A stretch of DNA of 64,000 nt, taken from Octopus sinensis (taxonomy: Eukaryota). Location of the stretch: the NCBI RefSeq assembly GCF_006345805.1, contig NC_043019.1, positions 28,271,360-28,335,359 on the forward strand, read 5' to 3'. Positions 1-13,804 of this stretch are shown here, piece by piece; position 1 is the first letter of the stretch, and every line of letters begins with the position of its first letter. The notes under the pieces are model-generated. The model saw nothing but the letters and a program-made list of their open reading frames with translations, was not told the origin of the DNA and ran no database searches. The position numbers were made by a program, and so were the translations under genes.

Positions 1-3000
1 AGTTGAAATATGCTGCCTTTCTTTCAATTAATATTGAAAGTAAGGAATTATTATTAAGCTGGCGTTTGAAACAATAATTAAGAACTTTTGAAGGAAGGTT
101 TTTAGACCACTTTATAACAGGAATTTTGCATCATAGAATCGAGGGCGGTTTCAGACAGGTTGGTATCAAAAGGGTTAAAATGGAGTGCAGAATAGTGCGT
201 CTTATAAGCAAGTACATTAATGTAGTCCCGTTTGGTTAAAATGTGACTTGATCTGAGAACATTGTGTCGAAACTAAAGTAGTTTATATCAATGAAGAACC
301 ATTTTAGCCATAGTAGAAGACACTTGCCCAAGATGCGACGCTGTGGGACTGAACCCCAAATCGCTTGGTTGCAAAGCGAGCTTCTTAACCTCACAGCCAC
401 AAGCTAATATTCTATTCTAAACATTATGAGGGTTTGAAAACTAAAATTATTCTTCAGGATTATTCCACTAATTTTTCTTCAGTCCCGAATTGTTATTTGG
501 CTGTTGTTGTTTGACATTACGTCACCCCCAAATAGTAGCCATCCCCTTAAATTCAAAAATGTTTGTAAAATGAAATCAGTCTCCTTATTTTTACTATTTG
601 GTGACGGAGATATCACAAGTTTCTTTTTACACTCTTGTTCTCCATCACATCATTTAATGTGCCCTTCTTTTCCTTGAGAGAGTAGGATATAATTTGAGGG
701 GAAGGATCTTGTTAGATTTCTTCCTACCACTCTTAAAGTATTCCAAATTTTCACCAGATTGGATGGAGGCTTCCCAAAAGGCTAAAATTACATAACTTTA
801 AAGACTTTTTTTAATGGTTAATTTCTAGAAAAATGCATGCTTTATTTTTGTCATCAGCATGCAAAACTACATTTTTGAAAATAATCTGATGAAAATTTGA
901 AATATGTCAACTAGTTGGAAGAAATTTAACAAGATACGAGGGGAAATTTGGTTACTATTTCTAACAGGTTTAACGACAACAAATTTAGAAGCTCCTTCGC
1001 TTGATGGTAGATCCGCTAGTAAAAAAAAAATAACTATATTTTCAGACTGCTCTCAAAAATTTCTTTAAAATTTTATTTGTAAGACCGTATGGTATGATTC
1101 GAAGCGAAACTTAGTTGATATTCCTTGATGGTCCCGTTGTGCTCATTACTTCCTATTTTAATTTAGAATAAACATTTTCACTCGCGCTTCTTATGTTAAT
1201 TGAAAAATTTTGATTTTTTTTTTTTCCTGAAAATTTCATATAATCACTAATTTATAATTTATTAACGAAAAAACACATCCAAATATTCTCTCATTTCAAA
1301 TCGTGCAACAACCGAAGTAAATCTTTAGCCAAACAGATGTTAATTTAATACCATCATTCGAATTTAGGATTAAATCTTGCTTTAATTATTTATTTACTTT
1401 GCCATCAGAATTATCCGAAGGCAGTGCCGTAGCATGGCCTTAGCAGTGATAGCGAAAACAAATTAAAGAATATAAGAAAGCTTCCAGCGTACTCAGACTA
1501 TTAATTATCATCACACACACCCAGTATGAAAAAGACGTTAAGTTATGAATTGCCACACGTCACACCCTGTTAGTATGTGTTCACGAAACTGCTGGACAAG
1601 TTAGTCAAAAGTACAGTTATTCTAAGTGGAATTCTGTCTGAATCAGTTTGTTATTAAAGAACCTAGAAGTTCTAACTAATGAATTCGTTTCAAATATTAG
1701 CAGAGATGAATAGAGGATAAATGTGATCATTGCTTCACTGACATTTTCCATCAGACTGTTTGCTCTTCTTGTTGTTGGGTGAGCAATTCACAGAAAGATA
1801 TGAACTATATTTAGTAAGAAGGGATTGCTGAACATTTATATAAGTAATACTGTGTGCTCTGAGGCGGCGACTGCACGTTGCAAAGTCTAAGAAAGAGGGG
1901 ATTAAACGGAAGATTGATTACATGTGTGTCAAGAGCAATAGAAATGCAATATAAATAGGAAGGCTTTCTACATTGTGAATTCAAATCTCGCCGAGGCCAA
2001 CATTGTTTTCTTCCTATCGAGGTCGATAAAAATAAAACTGTCATTCAAGTACTGGGATCAGTAGTATGGACTTTGCCCCTCAAAATTTCTACCCTTGTGT
2101 CTAAATTACTCTTTTACTTGTTTCAGTCATTTGACTGTGGCCATGCTGTAGCACCGCCTTTAGTCGAGCAAATCGACCCCAGGACTTATTCTTTGTAAGC
2201 ATAGTACTTAATCTATCGCTCGCTTTTGCCGAACCGCTAAGTGACGGGGACGTAAACACACCAGCATCGGTTGTCAAGCGATGTTGGGGGGGGGGGGCAA
2301 ACAGACACACAAACATACACATATATACGAAGGGCTTCTACCAAATCCACTCACAAGGCTTTGGTCGGCCCGAGGTTATAGTAGAAGACGCTTGTCCAAG
2401 GTACCACGTAGTGGGACTGAACCCGGAACCATATGGTTGGTAAGCAAGCTACTTACCACACAGCCACGGAGACATTTTATTCGCGTTGTGAACTGGTTGG
2501 ATCGTCAAGAGCATCAGATAAAATACCTTGCTATATATCTTCCGGCTCTCTACGTTCCGAGTCGAAATCCCGTGAAGGTCAACATTGTCTTCCATCCCTT
2601 TTGGGTCGATAAAACTTAGTACATATCGAGAATGGAACTCGATGGTATCGACTAATCCCCTTCCCTAGAAACAATTATTGGCAAAGCAGTAGAAAACGAC
2701 TGTCGTTTCAAAATTCCCCAGTGAGACCTTCTGCATGAACATATAGTTAAGTGATACTTTAGGAGCCCAATAGAATTTTAAAGTAATTGAAATTCCACCT
2801 GTAATGAAAAAATTCATTAGTGCTAATGACTTCTTTTTATTACGGGTGTAATTTCCATTAGTCGATATTTATTTGGGTTAACTACATAACGTATTAAGTG
2901 CGTTAGCCGGCACTTAACTATAAATATCAACTTAAGTGTATATCTTATTCCTTTTTGCTTATTAGGAGGACGTTTCAGATTTAATATCCTTTCGGTGTTT

Positions 3001-4303
3001 GTCAAATTTAAAGCGGTGAGCTGGCAGAATCGCTCGCATGCCGAGTAAAATGCTACTATAGCCTTGGGCCAACCAGGGCCTTGTGGGTGGATTTGGTGGA
3101 CGGAAACTGAAAGAAGCCCGTCGTATATATGTGTATATATATATATATATATATGCGTGTGTGTGTTTGTGTTTGTCCCCCTAGCATTGCTTGACAACCG
3201 ATGCTGGTGTGTTTATGTCCCCGTTACTGGGCGGTTCGACAAGACGGACCGATAGAATAAGTACTGGGCTTACAAAAGAATAAGTCCCGGGGTCGAGTTG
3301 CTCGATTAAAGGTGGTGCTCCAGCATGGCCGCAGTCAAATGACTGAAGCAAGTAAAAGAGTAACTGCATCTCGTCCATCTTTACGTTCTGAGTTCAAATT
3401 CCGCCGAAGTGGACTTCATTCTTTCGAGGTCGATAAACAGTACTAGTTGAGCACTGAGGTCGATTTAGTCACTTACCCTCGAACTTGCTGGGCCCTGTAC
3501 AAAAATTTGAAACAAATATTCTTTCAATATTTATCAAGATTAAGCCGACGAGCTGGCTGAATCGTGACTGCGCCGGATAAAATGCTTAGCAGCATTTCTT
3601 CCGACTATTCGTTCTGAGTTCAAATGCTACCGAGGTTGATTTTGTTTTTCATCCCTCGGGGTCGATAAAATAAGCACCAGCTGAGCACTGGGGACGATAT
3701 GATCAACCTACTCCCTCCGCCGAATTTGCTGGCCTTTTGCCAAAATTCGAAATCGATATTTATCATGTTTAAACGCATAGTGTGCCCCTGGTGGTTAACT
3801 ATTATAGGAGAAGCAATCTCTTCTAGATTACATTAAATTGAGGAGGATTTGAAAGTTTAGAGCTGACATCAGTGTAAAGAAGTTGTACAAAGCATACACA
3901 ATTTATTTTTGCTACACGTGAAGTTCTCAAAGTTTCAAGTCGTCAGTAGCCATGTTTATAAAGTTTGTGTTTTGAACTGAATGGCTGTTATTCAGCAAAC
4001 TTCCTAGTAACCAATTCCAGTTGTATGAATCTCATTGAGAAGGATTGCTTGTCTTATTGGTTCAGTGGTTTTCATTCTCTTTTGATTACCTTGCACCTGG
4101 CAGCATATTGGAGATAAAAGTTTAAAAATTACCAGTCACAAGCAAGAGTGGCTGTGTGGTAAGTAGTTTGCTTACCAACCAAATGGTTCTGGGTTCAGTC
4201 CCACTGCATGGCACCTTGGGTATGTGTCTTCTACTATAGCTTCAGGCCGACCAAAGCCTTGTTAGTGGATTTGGTAGATGGAAACTGAAAGAAGCCCATC
4301 ATA

Positions 4304-4360
<57 letters not shown>

Positions 4361-4845
4361 CTGTTTGTTTGTCCCTCCAACATTGCTTGACAACTGATGT
4401 TAGCGTGTTTACATCCCCATAACTTAGTGGTTCGGCAAAAGAAACCGATAGAATAAGTAGTAGGCTTACAACGAATAAGTCCTGGGGTCGATTTAGTCGA
4501 CTAAAGGCGGTGCTCCAGCATGGCCACAGTCAAATGATTGAAACAAATAAAAGAATAAAAGTTAAACCTACATAAAAGAACTGAAGAAAACTGTTTCGAA
4601 ATTAAAACTTTAGAAGGTAAAAAAAATAAAGGGAAAAGTATTGTTCACCTTGTTTTTATCAATTACACCTATGCATGGGGAATCCTTTATTACTTTCAAC
4701 ACAATGAAATCTTGAAGCTACAAGATAATACTTGAGTCATTCAGAACAATGTGGATAAATAAAGATTACATTTGATAGAGTAATCTGAATGCTAAAGAGT
4801 TAATAGAACATCCTCTAAGCAGTATATAACATTCTGGGATGAATT

Positions 4846-5078
4846 GAAGGCGCGAGCTGGCAGAAACGTTAGCACGCCGGGCGAAATGCGTAGCCATATC
4901 TCTTCTGTCGTTACGTTCCGAGTTCATATTCCGTCAAGGTTGATTTTGCCTTTCGTCCTTTCGGGGTCGATAAATTAAGTACCAGTTACATACTGGGGTC
5001 GATGTAATCGACTTAATCCCTTTATCTGTCCTTGATTGTTCCCTTTGTCTTTAGCCCCTTGCGGGTGGTAAAGAAATA
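4846..5078 (+). mobile_element. tRNA-derived SINE type B (about 230 bp) with about 20-bp TSD, representative copy
   Basis: gagctggcagaa A-box, gagttcaaattcc-type B-box, cctttcggggtcgataaattaagtaccag core; flanked by tatataac(a/t)ttctgggatgaa. Other copies: 3370-3530, 3543-3755, 9893-10070, 32110-32540(-), 45465-45835, 51335-51567(-), 58345-58570, 58627-59030, 59075-59275. Confidence 0.88.
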
Positions 5079-6390
5079 TATAACTTTCTGGGATGAAGTA
5101 TTGAAGGCCCATCTCAAGACCTGGAGCCTTATGAAGGAGATGACAAAAGACCAAGGTATCTGGTGCTTTGGCATACTCAAGAAGGCCCATCCACCACATT
5201 AAAAGCAGTCAGTACATTCTCTGTAGTGGTTGGCATTAGGAAGGGCGTCCAGCCATAGAAATCAATGCCAGAACAGACAATGGAGCCTGGTGTGGCCCCG
5301 GCCTTACTAGCTCTGGTCAAACCATTCAACTCATGCCAGGATGGAAAATGGACGTTAAATGATGTTCTTGGTTATGTTGCCTTGAACAAAAAGAGACACT
5401 TGAGAATAATGAAGATTCTCTTTAGACGTGGGGTACAAGGAAAATTCAGTTGTACTGGTGCCATCGTATAATGCACTCTGTACACCCTATAAAATGGTTT
5501 TGAAGAGGCAGCGACAAAGTAGAGTCAAGAAGAGCTTTTAGTCTAAGGACATGATAGTCTTTCTAGTGATATTACTATGATAAAATATTACTCAGTACAT
5601 TCTGTAAAGCCGTTGGTGTTAGAGAATGCATTCAATCACAGAAGCCATGCCAAAAATGCAATGTTCTGAATGAGTTGTCCCTAGATCTGATGTGAGGGTA
5701 GTATCTCTGAGATAAGAACTGACATGGACAAGTTTATCCAACATGTAGAGCAGCTCTAAGTTTATGATGATGATGATGGTAATGGTGATCATTGAGTCTT
5801 ATTTAAGGATGTACATCTCTGATATTGTTAAAGAAAAGGAAAGAAAAAAAATCACTGGGTATCAGTTGTGTGATAGTAAGGAGAATATAATGATACGAGA
5901 TTACTTCTTTGATATATATGCATAGTGTTAGAACGTTTGTGCTGTTGCAAGTGACAGGGTTGTTATGCTTCTCTACATTGGAAAATGTTCTTGTTGCTGA
6001 TCTAGCAGACCTATAATCAAAGTCATTCCAGCCATCACCATTTGTTTTTTTAGATGAAGCATTTCAAAGACTAAATTATTTAATGAGTGAGATTTGAGGG
6101 AGACTTGGCTGTTATTTTTGGCAAGCTGAGTGACTGCATAGAGCAGTCACGGACAACTAGCACCTTGCAAGACTTTCTTAAAAGCACAGTTTAAGAAAAA
6201 AAATTACCTGGAATTTTGTTTTAGTAGTGTGGCTCACCTGATGATGAGCCATGTCTCATGCAGCTCGTTTCTCGAAAGAGGTTACTCTTACCTGGCGTAG
6301 AGGCTTCTTCATTGGATTGTTCATTGGAAGATATCTTTGTGGGATGGTTCTGTTCACGGAAACAGTACAAATCTAGTGTGAAGCCTACAT

Positions 6391-6566
6391 CAGCGGTTCT
6401 CAGCCTTTTTAATTTCTAGACCAAATCCAAAACCAGTATTTTTTTTTCAGGGGTCTGCACCAAACAAAAGTAAAACACAAATCAGTTAAAGGAACATTTA
6501 TTTATAGCAGGAAGACCGTTGAGGGCCACCGGAAGGCTGCTTGAGGGCCTCAGTTGAGAACAGCTG
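6391..6566. mobile_element. Short hAT-like MITE
   Basis: cagcggttctcagc ... gttgagaacagctg termini; the TSD is degenerate. Confidence 0.55.
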
Positions 6567-8786
6567 GTGTAGACTATATGTAGGTGATACTTGTATGTGG
6601 AGGGTCTTTGGATATCATTAAGAAATATATCTAAAATAATATAAGACATACTATAGTCGCAGGCATGGTTGCGTGGTAAGACGTTTGCTTCCCAACCACA
6701 TGGCTATTCAGGTTCAGTTCCACTACAGAGCACCTAGGGCAAGTGTCTTCTATAAACTTCTAGGCTGGTCAAAGCCTTTGGTGGGTGAAAACGAAACCTG
6801 TCGTGAGCGTAACTTCGGTATAAGTACCGGATACATTTCAAGAAAGTGTTTTTTTTTATATATGTGTATGGGGGGGTAGGGGGGGGGGAAAGGGTTTCTG
6901 TTATCTTCAGAAATGTAAACAAAGCCACGTGTGTACTTATACCGAAGGATCGCCCCCGTCGCGTGTGCGCGCGTGTGGTTGTGTGTTTGTGCTGCCCACC
7001 ACTGCTTGGCAAGTGTTGGTTTGTTTACATCCCTGAAACTTAGCGGTCTAGCAAAAAGAGAACGATAGAATAAGTAACAGGTTTAAAAACAAAATGTAAA
7101 ATGATAAGTAGTGGGGTCGATTTTCCCGACTAAATCCCTCAAGGCAGTGTCTTAGCATGACTGCAGTCTATTAATTAAAACAGGTAAAAAAAAAATAAAT
7201 ACCTACTTTTCTGCTGCAATGAAAAGAAAAAATATATATATATATAGAAGTACGGCAGCCTTTTCTGAGCTTCTGGTTTTATTAGCCTACGTCTCAAATA
7301 TTTTCTGTACCAAAAGTGGAAAAAAAAAAATCACGTTTTATAAATTTTAGAAAAATTTGTGCATAATTTCAGTGCATGTTGCCAAAAAATGATGTCCAAG
7401 TGGATGAATGCACCTGCCAGCTAGCTGAGCCTCAGGTTTAAATTATGTTGGCAAGAGTCTGTACAACTTCCAACTTCCTTTGTTCTGTATATTGTATTTG
7501 CTTCAGTTCAGACATGCCATTCTGTTATCAACAAGTGAACGTTAACTGCTTTCCTTTGCTGCTGTACAAGTCGTTGATTAATGAGCGAAAATTAGGAATG
7601 AATTAACTCTTAATGTCAAGAACTACTTGTACAGGAAGTTACTGAACCGGAAATAGGAACAGAGCAGAGTAGCGAAAGAGAGAGAGAGTCTGAGAATCTA
7701 TCCTCTATGGGGAAGGTCAACTATAAAGAAGAGATCAAATAGTGATATAGCAATTAATGATGGTTGATAAGATGATAAAAATTTGATGATTAGATGGTGT
7801 CACACTAGGTCATTATGGGGGTTAACCATGTGAAGCCTTTTACCTTTTACTTGTTTCAGTCATTAGACTGCTGCCATGCTAGGGAACCGGTTTGAATTTT
7901 TAGCCAAATTGACCCCCAATATTTTCTTTTGCCACACTACCAAGTTATGAGGATGTAAACACAAACCCCAATTTTCAAGGATGGTGGAGGAACACACACA
8001 CACACGACGGGCTTCTCTCAAGTTTCTCTCTGCCAAATCCATTCACAAGGCTTTATTCGGTCCGAGGCTATAGTAGAAGACACTTGCCCAATGTGCCATG
8101 CAGTGGGACTGAACCCGGAACCACGTGGCTGGGAAGCAGGCCATGCCGTTGTTAATAACTCTTCATACTTCAAATATTATGTGGAAAGAAAAATGTTAAA
8201 ATTGAAAGCTTGGTCAAACTCCTTTTGCTAATGTCTCTGTTCTTGTTTATACGCTTTCCTACTAAATGTGGGTACCTATGCAGCTCCTTCACAAGAATCT
8301 CCTCTGACCCCTACCACACTTCTCATACTCCAGCCCCTCATCCCCTAGCATAAAACTGATCTCCACAGGTGATCTCAGTAGTGCTTGTTTGGTGAAATGA
8401 AGAAAGTACCCAGTATACATGGTAAAGTGGTTGGTGTTAAGAAGGGCATCCAGCTGTAAAAACGGTGCTAAAGCAGACACTGGAGTACAGTTCTTAATAG
8501 CTTCAAGGAATCTCATTTATGTATCCAAATTTGCTGTATCTTGCTGAAAGGGAGGCCTCTTAGTAATGAGAGGATTTTTTTATTACCCACAAGGGGCCAA
8601 TGAAGAGGGGACAATACAATCACATGGATACATATAAAAACGAAAAAATTTTTTTTTAATGAAAAAAATTTAAAAAATCAAAAAATTAAAACATGATATG
8701 CATGAATGATACAATGAAAATGATAATGAAAATGAGCTACCAGCATCACTTGCTTCCTTTTATCTTTTAAATTCCGAGTCCTTTAA

Positions 8787-9004
8787 CCCTTTAATGTTCA
8801 GATTATTCTGTCAAATGATGTTTGTTTGTTTATATTGTTTTGAATTAATCACGCATTATCTTGTAGTTTAGAGATTTCAGTGATGTGATTTTTTAGTTTT
8901 AGAATGACATGGTAGGGTTGAGGTGAGAGGCAAGATCTGGTCAGTTTCAATATAAAACAGGTTAAATATTTTGGCCGGATATGGCCGGTTTGAATGCTAA
9001 AGGG
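8787..9004. mobile_element. piggyBac-like MITE family 1 (about 218 bp)
   Basis: TTAA|CCCTTTA... TAAAGGG|TTAA. Related copies at about 16916-17142, 21485-21860, 37862-38085, 50572-50797 and 59420-59646. Confidence 0.8.
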
Positions 9005-9009
9005 TTAAG

Positions 9010-9890
9010 ATGTCTATACCATATTTCTCGGTCAGTTCCTCATACTTTACATTGTCTGGTATCGTTTTTATATCACAATTCACCTTCCAACTCTTATAAC
9101 TCCTCTTGAAATTTCAATATTTCGTCTTTTTGGCTTTCGGACACCAGAACACATGAGTGCCATCCATCAATGTTTGTTCATCCTTTGACATGGACAAATC
9201 TTGCAGTCTTCCATTTTGTTATCTTATTGCGCAGTTCCTTGTCCACACCTTCAATCATCATACACGCAAAATAGTTTTCAGTGGGACGGGGAGTTTGTTG
9301 ATCCTTGTGTGCTTGTATTTCTTTTTTTCTTTTGCTTTGTGTAGGAGGGGAATGGGTGGGTTTAGTGTCTGTGGGGGGAGGGTGGTTGAGAGAGGGTATG
9401 GGTGGGGTGGGTATGGTTTGGGGTTCTACTTCACCCTGTCCTTTCTTCCTCTTCCTTTTTCTTCCTTCAACTACCATCCACTGTTTTCCGTTTCTCTTTT
9501 ATTCCTGTTGCACCTTCTCCTGCTCCTTTCTAACTTCCTCTGGACTTCTTGGCTTCTGCAGAGGACAGTGTGCTCTAATGTGATCTTTTTGGCCACATTT
9601 AAAGCAACGAGGGTTTCTGCCCTCCACCCACACTCTCAACACTACATCTCCAATGGTCACCATTTCCACCACATTTTCCAGTGTTTCTGCAGTGCCCTGT
9701 ATGACCAGGTCCAATGTTTGGCTTGTCCATACTGAATTTTCTGTTTTCATGGCTTGGAGGATGGCTATTTCTTCTTTACATCCTAGAAGAACAGCCGCAG
9801 CAACCCAAGCCACATCTATTTCTGGTGGGATTCCCTCCACCCTAATTCTGGAAGTCCTTCTTCCAAGATAAGTGGGTAGAAGGACCACTT
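9010..9890 (-). mobile_element. Degenerate non-LTR retrotransposon ORF1 (L1/Tx1-like, gag-type CCHC knuckle)
   Basis: ORF 9499-9930 contains LRVWVEGRNPRCFKCGQKDHIRAHCP (CX2CX4HX4C). It continues after a frame change into a Lys/Pro-rich region (ORF 9178-9477). It is interrupted by a SINE and a MITE. Confidence 0.7.
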
Positions 9891-10480
9891 TAAGGCGGTG
9901 AGCTGGCAGAAACGTTAGCATGCCGGGCAAGATGCTTAGCAGTATTTCGTCTATCTTTATGTTCTGAGTTCAAATTCCGCCAAGTTCGACTTTGCCTTTC
10001 ATCCTTTCGGGGTTGATAAATTAAGTACCAGTTATGCACTGGGATCAATGTAATCGACTTAATCCCTTCCAGCAAGCTCTGGAAGTCCTTCTTCCAAGAT
10101 GAGTGGGCAGAAGAACCACTTTAAGGCGGCGTTAGCATGCCGGGCAAGATGCTTAGCAGTATTTTGTCTACCTTTACGTTCTGAGTTCAAATTCCGTCGA
10201 GGGTATATTTTTGCTTTTTATAATGGCACATGCTTTGAATAGTCCATTGTTTGGGTTAACTCATTTTTGACTTGCAGTGCTGTAATTGTAAGGAATGCTT
10301 AATCCAAAACATTCATGATTCATATTCATATGACTCTGACCATCCTGATTTGTAGTCAGTGATAGGAAAGGTATCCATCTATAGAACTCACTATAAAGTA
10401 GTCCACAAATAGTCTTTCCTGTCTTTTTCCTATGTGCACAAAACTCAAGACCCCATTGCCTAATATATCGTTATTTAGAG

Positions 10481-10785
10481 CAGTGATTCTCAACCAGGGT
10501 CCATATAAGATTTTGTGGGGGTCCTCACAACAAGAGTAAATTGTGAATGCACAATAGTATTTTAAGGGCCCCTTAAAAATGTTGCTTTTGATGTATGTAT
10601 TGGTATGTATTGCAAGAAATAGCTAGGTCTCTTTCTCTAACAAGTTAATGTTTGAAAAACAAAATAGGTATTTTGAAAGAAGTTTCTATAAAATTAGTTT
10701 TTAAACATTGAATGGCTACGGGAGTCCATAAGAATAAAATAGTAATCAAAGGGATCCAGAGGTAAAAATGGGTTGAGAAGCCCTG
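10481..10785. mobile_element. hAT (Charlie-like) MITE
   Basis: TIRs cagtgattctcaacc / ggttgagaagccctg. 8-bp TSD atttagag / atctagag matches the NTCTAGAN preference. Confidence 0.8.
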
Positions 10786-10849
10786 ATCTAGAGAGTGATT
10801 TGGCTGCTATTTCTAACAGATTGAGTAAGTGCATCTCTATTATGAAGTG

Positions 10850-11350
10850 GTGAATTGGTATGGGATGGTAACGTTGGCATCAAACGTGATGTTCGAAAGT
10901 CTGATCAATGTTGTTGTGATGGTGAGTGTTCTGCTGTTATTGATTACAATAATAGCTTCTTGGTTTCTCTGTCAGTTTGGTTTTGTTGATTGGATGTCAT
11001 CCTGCTGCTTCCATGTTTGATGGGTTAAGCTTTCTACAGAAATGCAGTTAAAAAAATATGATGCACTGTTTATCTTCCTTAACCCCTTGCAGGTGGATTT
11101 AGTGCCCTCTGAATATCCAATAAACAATCCTAGGCTTTTATTCACACTCTGTATATTCAGGACTCCAAGACCTGTGGTATTCATGAATTTGTACTTGGAA
11201 TGTTGCTCTCCAGGATGCAGGTCTAGTGAAGGTATTTTTCAAGAAGGTTATCAGTTGCCCATTCTGCAAGTCTTCTTTTTCCATGCCATTGATGTTGTCC
11301 AGGGAAAAGTGATGATTGATACAACTTGGTGCTAGTGTTGTCATAGGCAA
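10850..11350 (-). mobile_element. Possible Penelope-like element RT C-terminal remnant
   Basis: MEKEDLQNGQLITFLKNTFTR resembles the PLE F.MEKE.NGQL.FLD..ITR motif. The sequence is heavily decayed. Confidence 0.35.
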
Positions 11351-12400
11351 ACTCAGAATGGAAAGAACACTGTTATAATACCTCTTACTCTAACCCACTC
11401 TCATTTTAATTCTCTCACTCACTCTTTACTTGTTTGCCTGTTAAGGCAGTATGACATACACCTCATCCTGCCACACACTTTCATTTTACTTTTACTATCA
11501 CACACTCACTCAATCACTTGCCAACTTTCTATTTGTCATTTGATGTTCTCTTACTTTCATACCTTCTCCCTACCATGACAATAAATACAAATGTAGATTG
11601 TATCTTTTCACTCACTCTTTATTGTTTACCTGTGGAGGTAATATGATAAATACCTCATCCTTCTACTCACTATCATTTTACTTTGACTACCACTTACTTT
11701 CTGTTTGTCATTTAATATCTTCCTACTTCCACACTATCTTACCATGATAGTAAATAAATGTATATGAATTGTACCTTTTTTGATAAGTTAAAAATACATA
11801 TTTTGTATCAATATTTTACTATTATCTTATAAAGTTACCCCAAACACCTTCTACTAAATAGCAATTTATAATTTACAAAAAACTTGTTATGTGAATAAAA
11901 TACTTAATATCCTTGAAGACACAGCAATTAGTAATTTTCAGGTAGTGTGATCTCTCATGTATAAGCCACATTATTTTCACCACTTTAGCAGTCAGATTAT
12001 TTTACTCTGTCAAATAACATACTCACTTTTTGACATCATCATCATCATCATTTAACGTCCGCTTTCCATGCTAGCATGGGTTGGATGATTTGACTGAGGA
12101 CTGGCAAGCCAGATGGCTGCACCAGGCTCCAATCTGATCTGGCAGAGTTTCTACAGCTGGATGCCCTTCCTAATGCCAACCTCTCCGAGAGTGTAGTGGG
12201 TTCTTTTACGTGCCACCGGCACGAGGGCCAGTCAGGCTGTACTGGCAATGGCCACGCTCAAATGGTGTTTTTTACATGCTACCTGCACAGGAGCCAGTGC
12301 AGCGGCACTGGCAACGACCTCGCTCGAATGTTTTTTCACGTTTTTTCATTATTTTGAATTAGTCATGCATCATCTGATAGCTTTGAGATTTCAGTGATGT

Positions 12401-12741
12401 CATCATCATCATCGTTTAACGTCCGTTTTCCGCGCTAGCACGGGTTGGACGGTTCGACCGGGGTCTGGGAAGCCAGGGGGCTGCACCAGGCTCCAGTCGG
12501 ATCTGGCAGTGTTTCTACAGCTTGATGCCCTTCCTAACGCCAACCACTCTGTGAGTGTAGTGGGTGCTTTTTACGTGCCAGGGGTGTCTGGCAGCGGCCA
12601 CGATTGGTCGGTGCTTTTAACGTGCCACCAGCACGGAAGCCAGTCAAGGCGGTGCTGGCATCGGCCACGTTCGGATGGTGCTTTTTACGTGCCACCGGCA
12701 CAGAAGCCAGTCAAGGCGGCGCTTCTGTGCCGGTGGCACGT
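12401..12741 (-). mobile_element. SINE type C (V-SINE-like core ggaagggcatccagctgtagaa, RTE-type (TGA)n tail), 5'-truncated with fold-back end
   Basis: Tail catcatcatc...tttaacgtccg. Other copies: 12035-12330, 33337-33615, 33950-34228, 40310-40560, 46825-47045, 56805-57000, 5190-5365(+). Confidence 0.85.
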
Positions 12742-13804
12742 GTGCATGTTTATTTTTGAATGACATTGTTGGGTGTGGTGTGAGAGGACAGATCTGGCTC
12801 ATTTGGACATAAAACAATGTAGAATATTTGAGCCAGACATGGTCGGTTTAAATACTAAAGGATTATATTTGATTTTAAACTGCAAAAACTGGTGTGCGAC
12901 TTACACATGGGGCAAAGCTAAAACTACGAAAGGAAAACATTTTGCACCAAGATTCAACACTAAATTAGAGGTGTGACTTATACACAAGTAAATATGATAG
13001 TTTTTGGAGTTTTTTCCTTCATTTACTAGCGGTAAACTTTTTACCAAAAAATGCAAAGCACGTTTTCATGTAACTCTTGACCAATACTTCTTATTTCTTT
13101 CATAAACTACATACAGCTGTGTATTCTGAACGTTTGCCAACTTTTCAATAAATTGTTTTCTTTCTTATTTCCCCACCACCACCACCACCCAGCTACCCAC
13201 ACACATACACCTTACACTCCTTTCCGCTATTAATTCTGCATAACTATACTCCAACTAAAGAAAGCCATCTTCTTCAATACCAAATTTGACTCCACTGCTT
13301 TCCATAGAGCTTAACTCTGATCATTTCTCTGTCTTCCTTCTTTTCTCTCTCTCTCTCTCACCTTCATCCTCTCTATCTCTTGCCCCTCCCCTCTCTCTGT
13401 GTGCCTCTCTCTCTCTCTCTTTCAACATCAACAAATCCACAAACTATGATATCATACTTGTACTTAAAAAGATGTCTTTTCAGATTATTAATATTAATAT
13501 CTTATACTTTTGAGGGAAAGTTTTGAAGGGTGAAACAGTGTGTGAAATTTAGTGTTGGCTATTTTTATATTTGTTTATTTATGTAGTTCTTTTTATTTTT
13601 CGTTGCTTTTGCTGGTGGTACAGGAGCTCTAAAAGAACTCGGCATGTTTGAAATACAAATTTAAGTTGTCTAATTTTAAATATGATTGTTGTTGTTGTTT
13701 AAGACTCCCACCCTATCCCAGTGAGCTCTGACAAAGCATTCCAGCTGTTACTATCCTATCTTTTATTTCTTTTTATTCAGTGTATCAGTGATTCTAAGAC
13801 ATCT

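Noticed and set aside
6287-6303. 17-nt match (CTTACCTGGCGTAGAGG) to the 5' end of insect-type U1 snRNA
   Set aside because: The downstream sequence lacks U1 stem-loops and an Sm site. The match is simply the complement of a 5' splice site.
9157-9735. 192-aa hydrophobic plus-strand ORF
   Set aside because: It is the antisense shadow of the retrotransposon ORF1 remnant and has low complexity.
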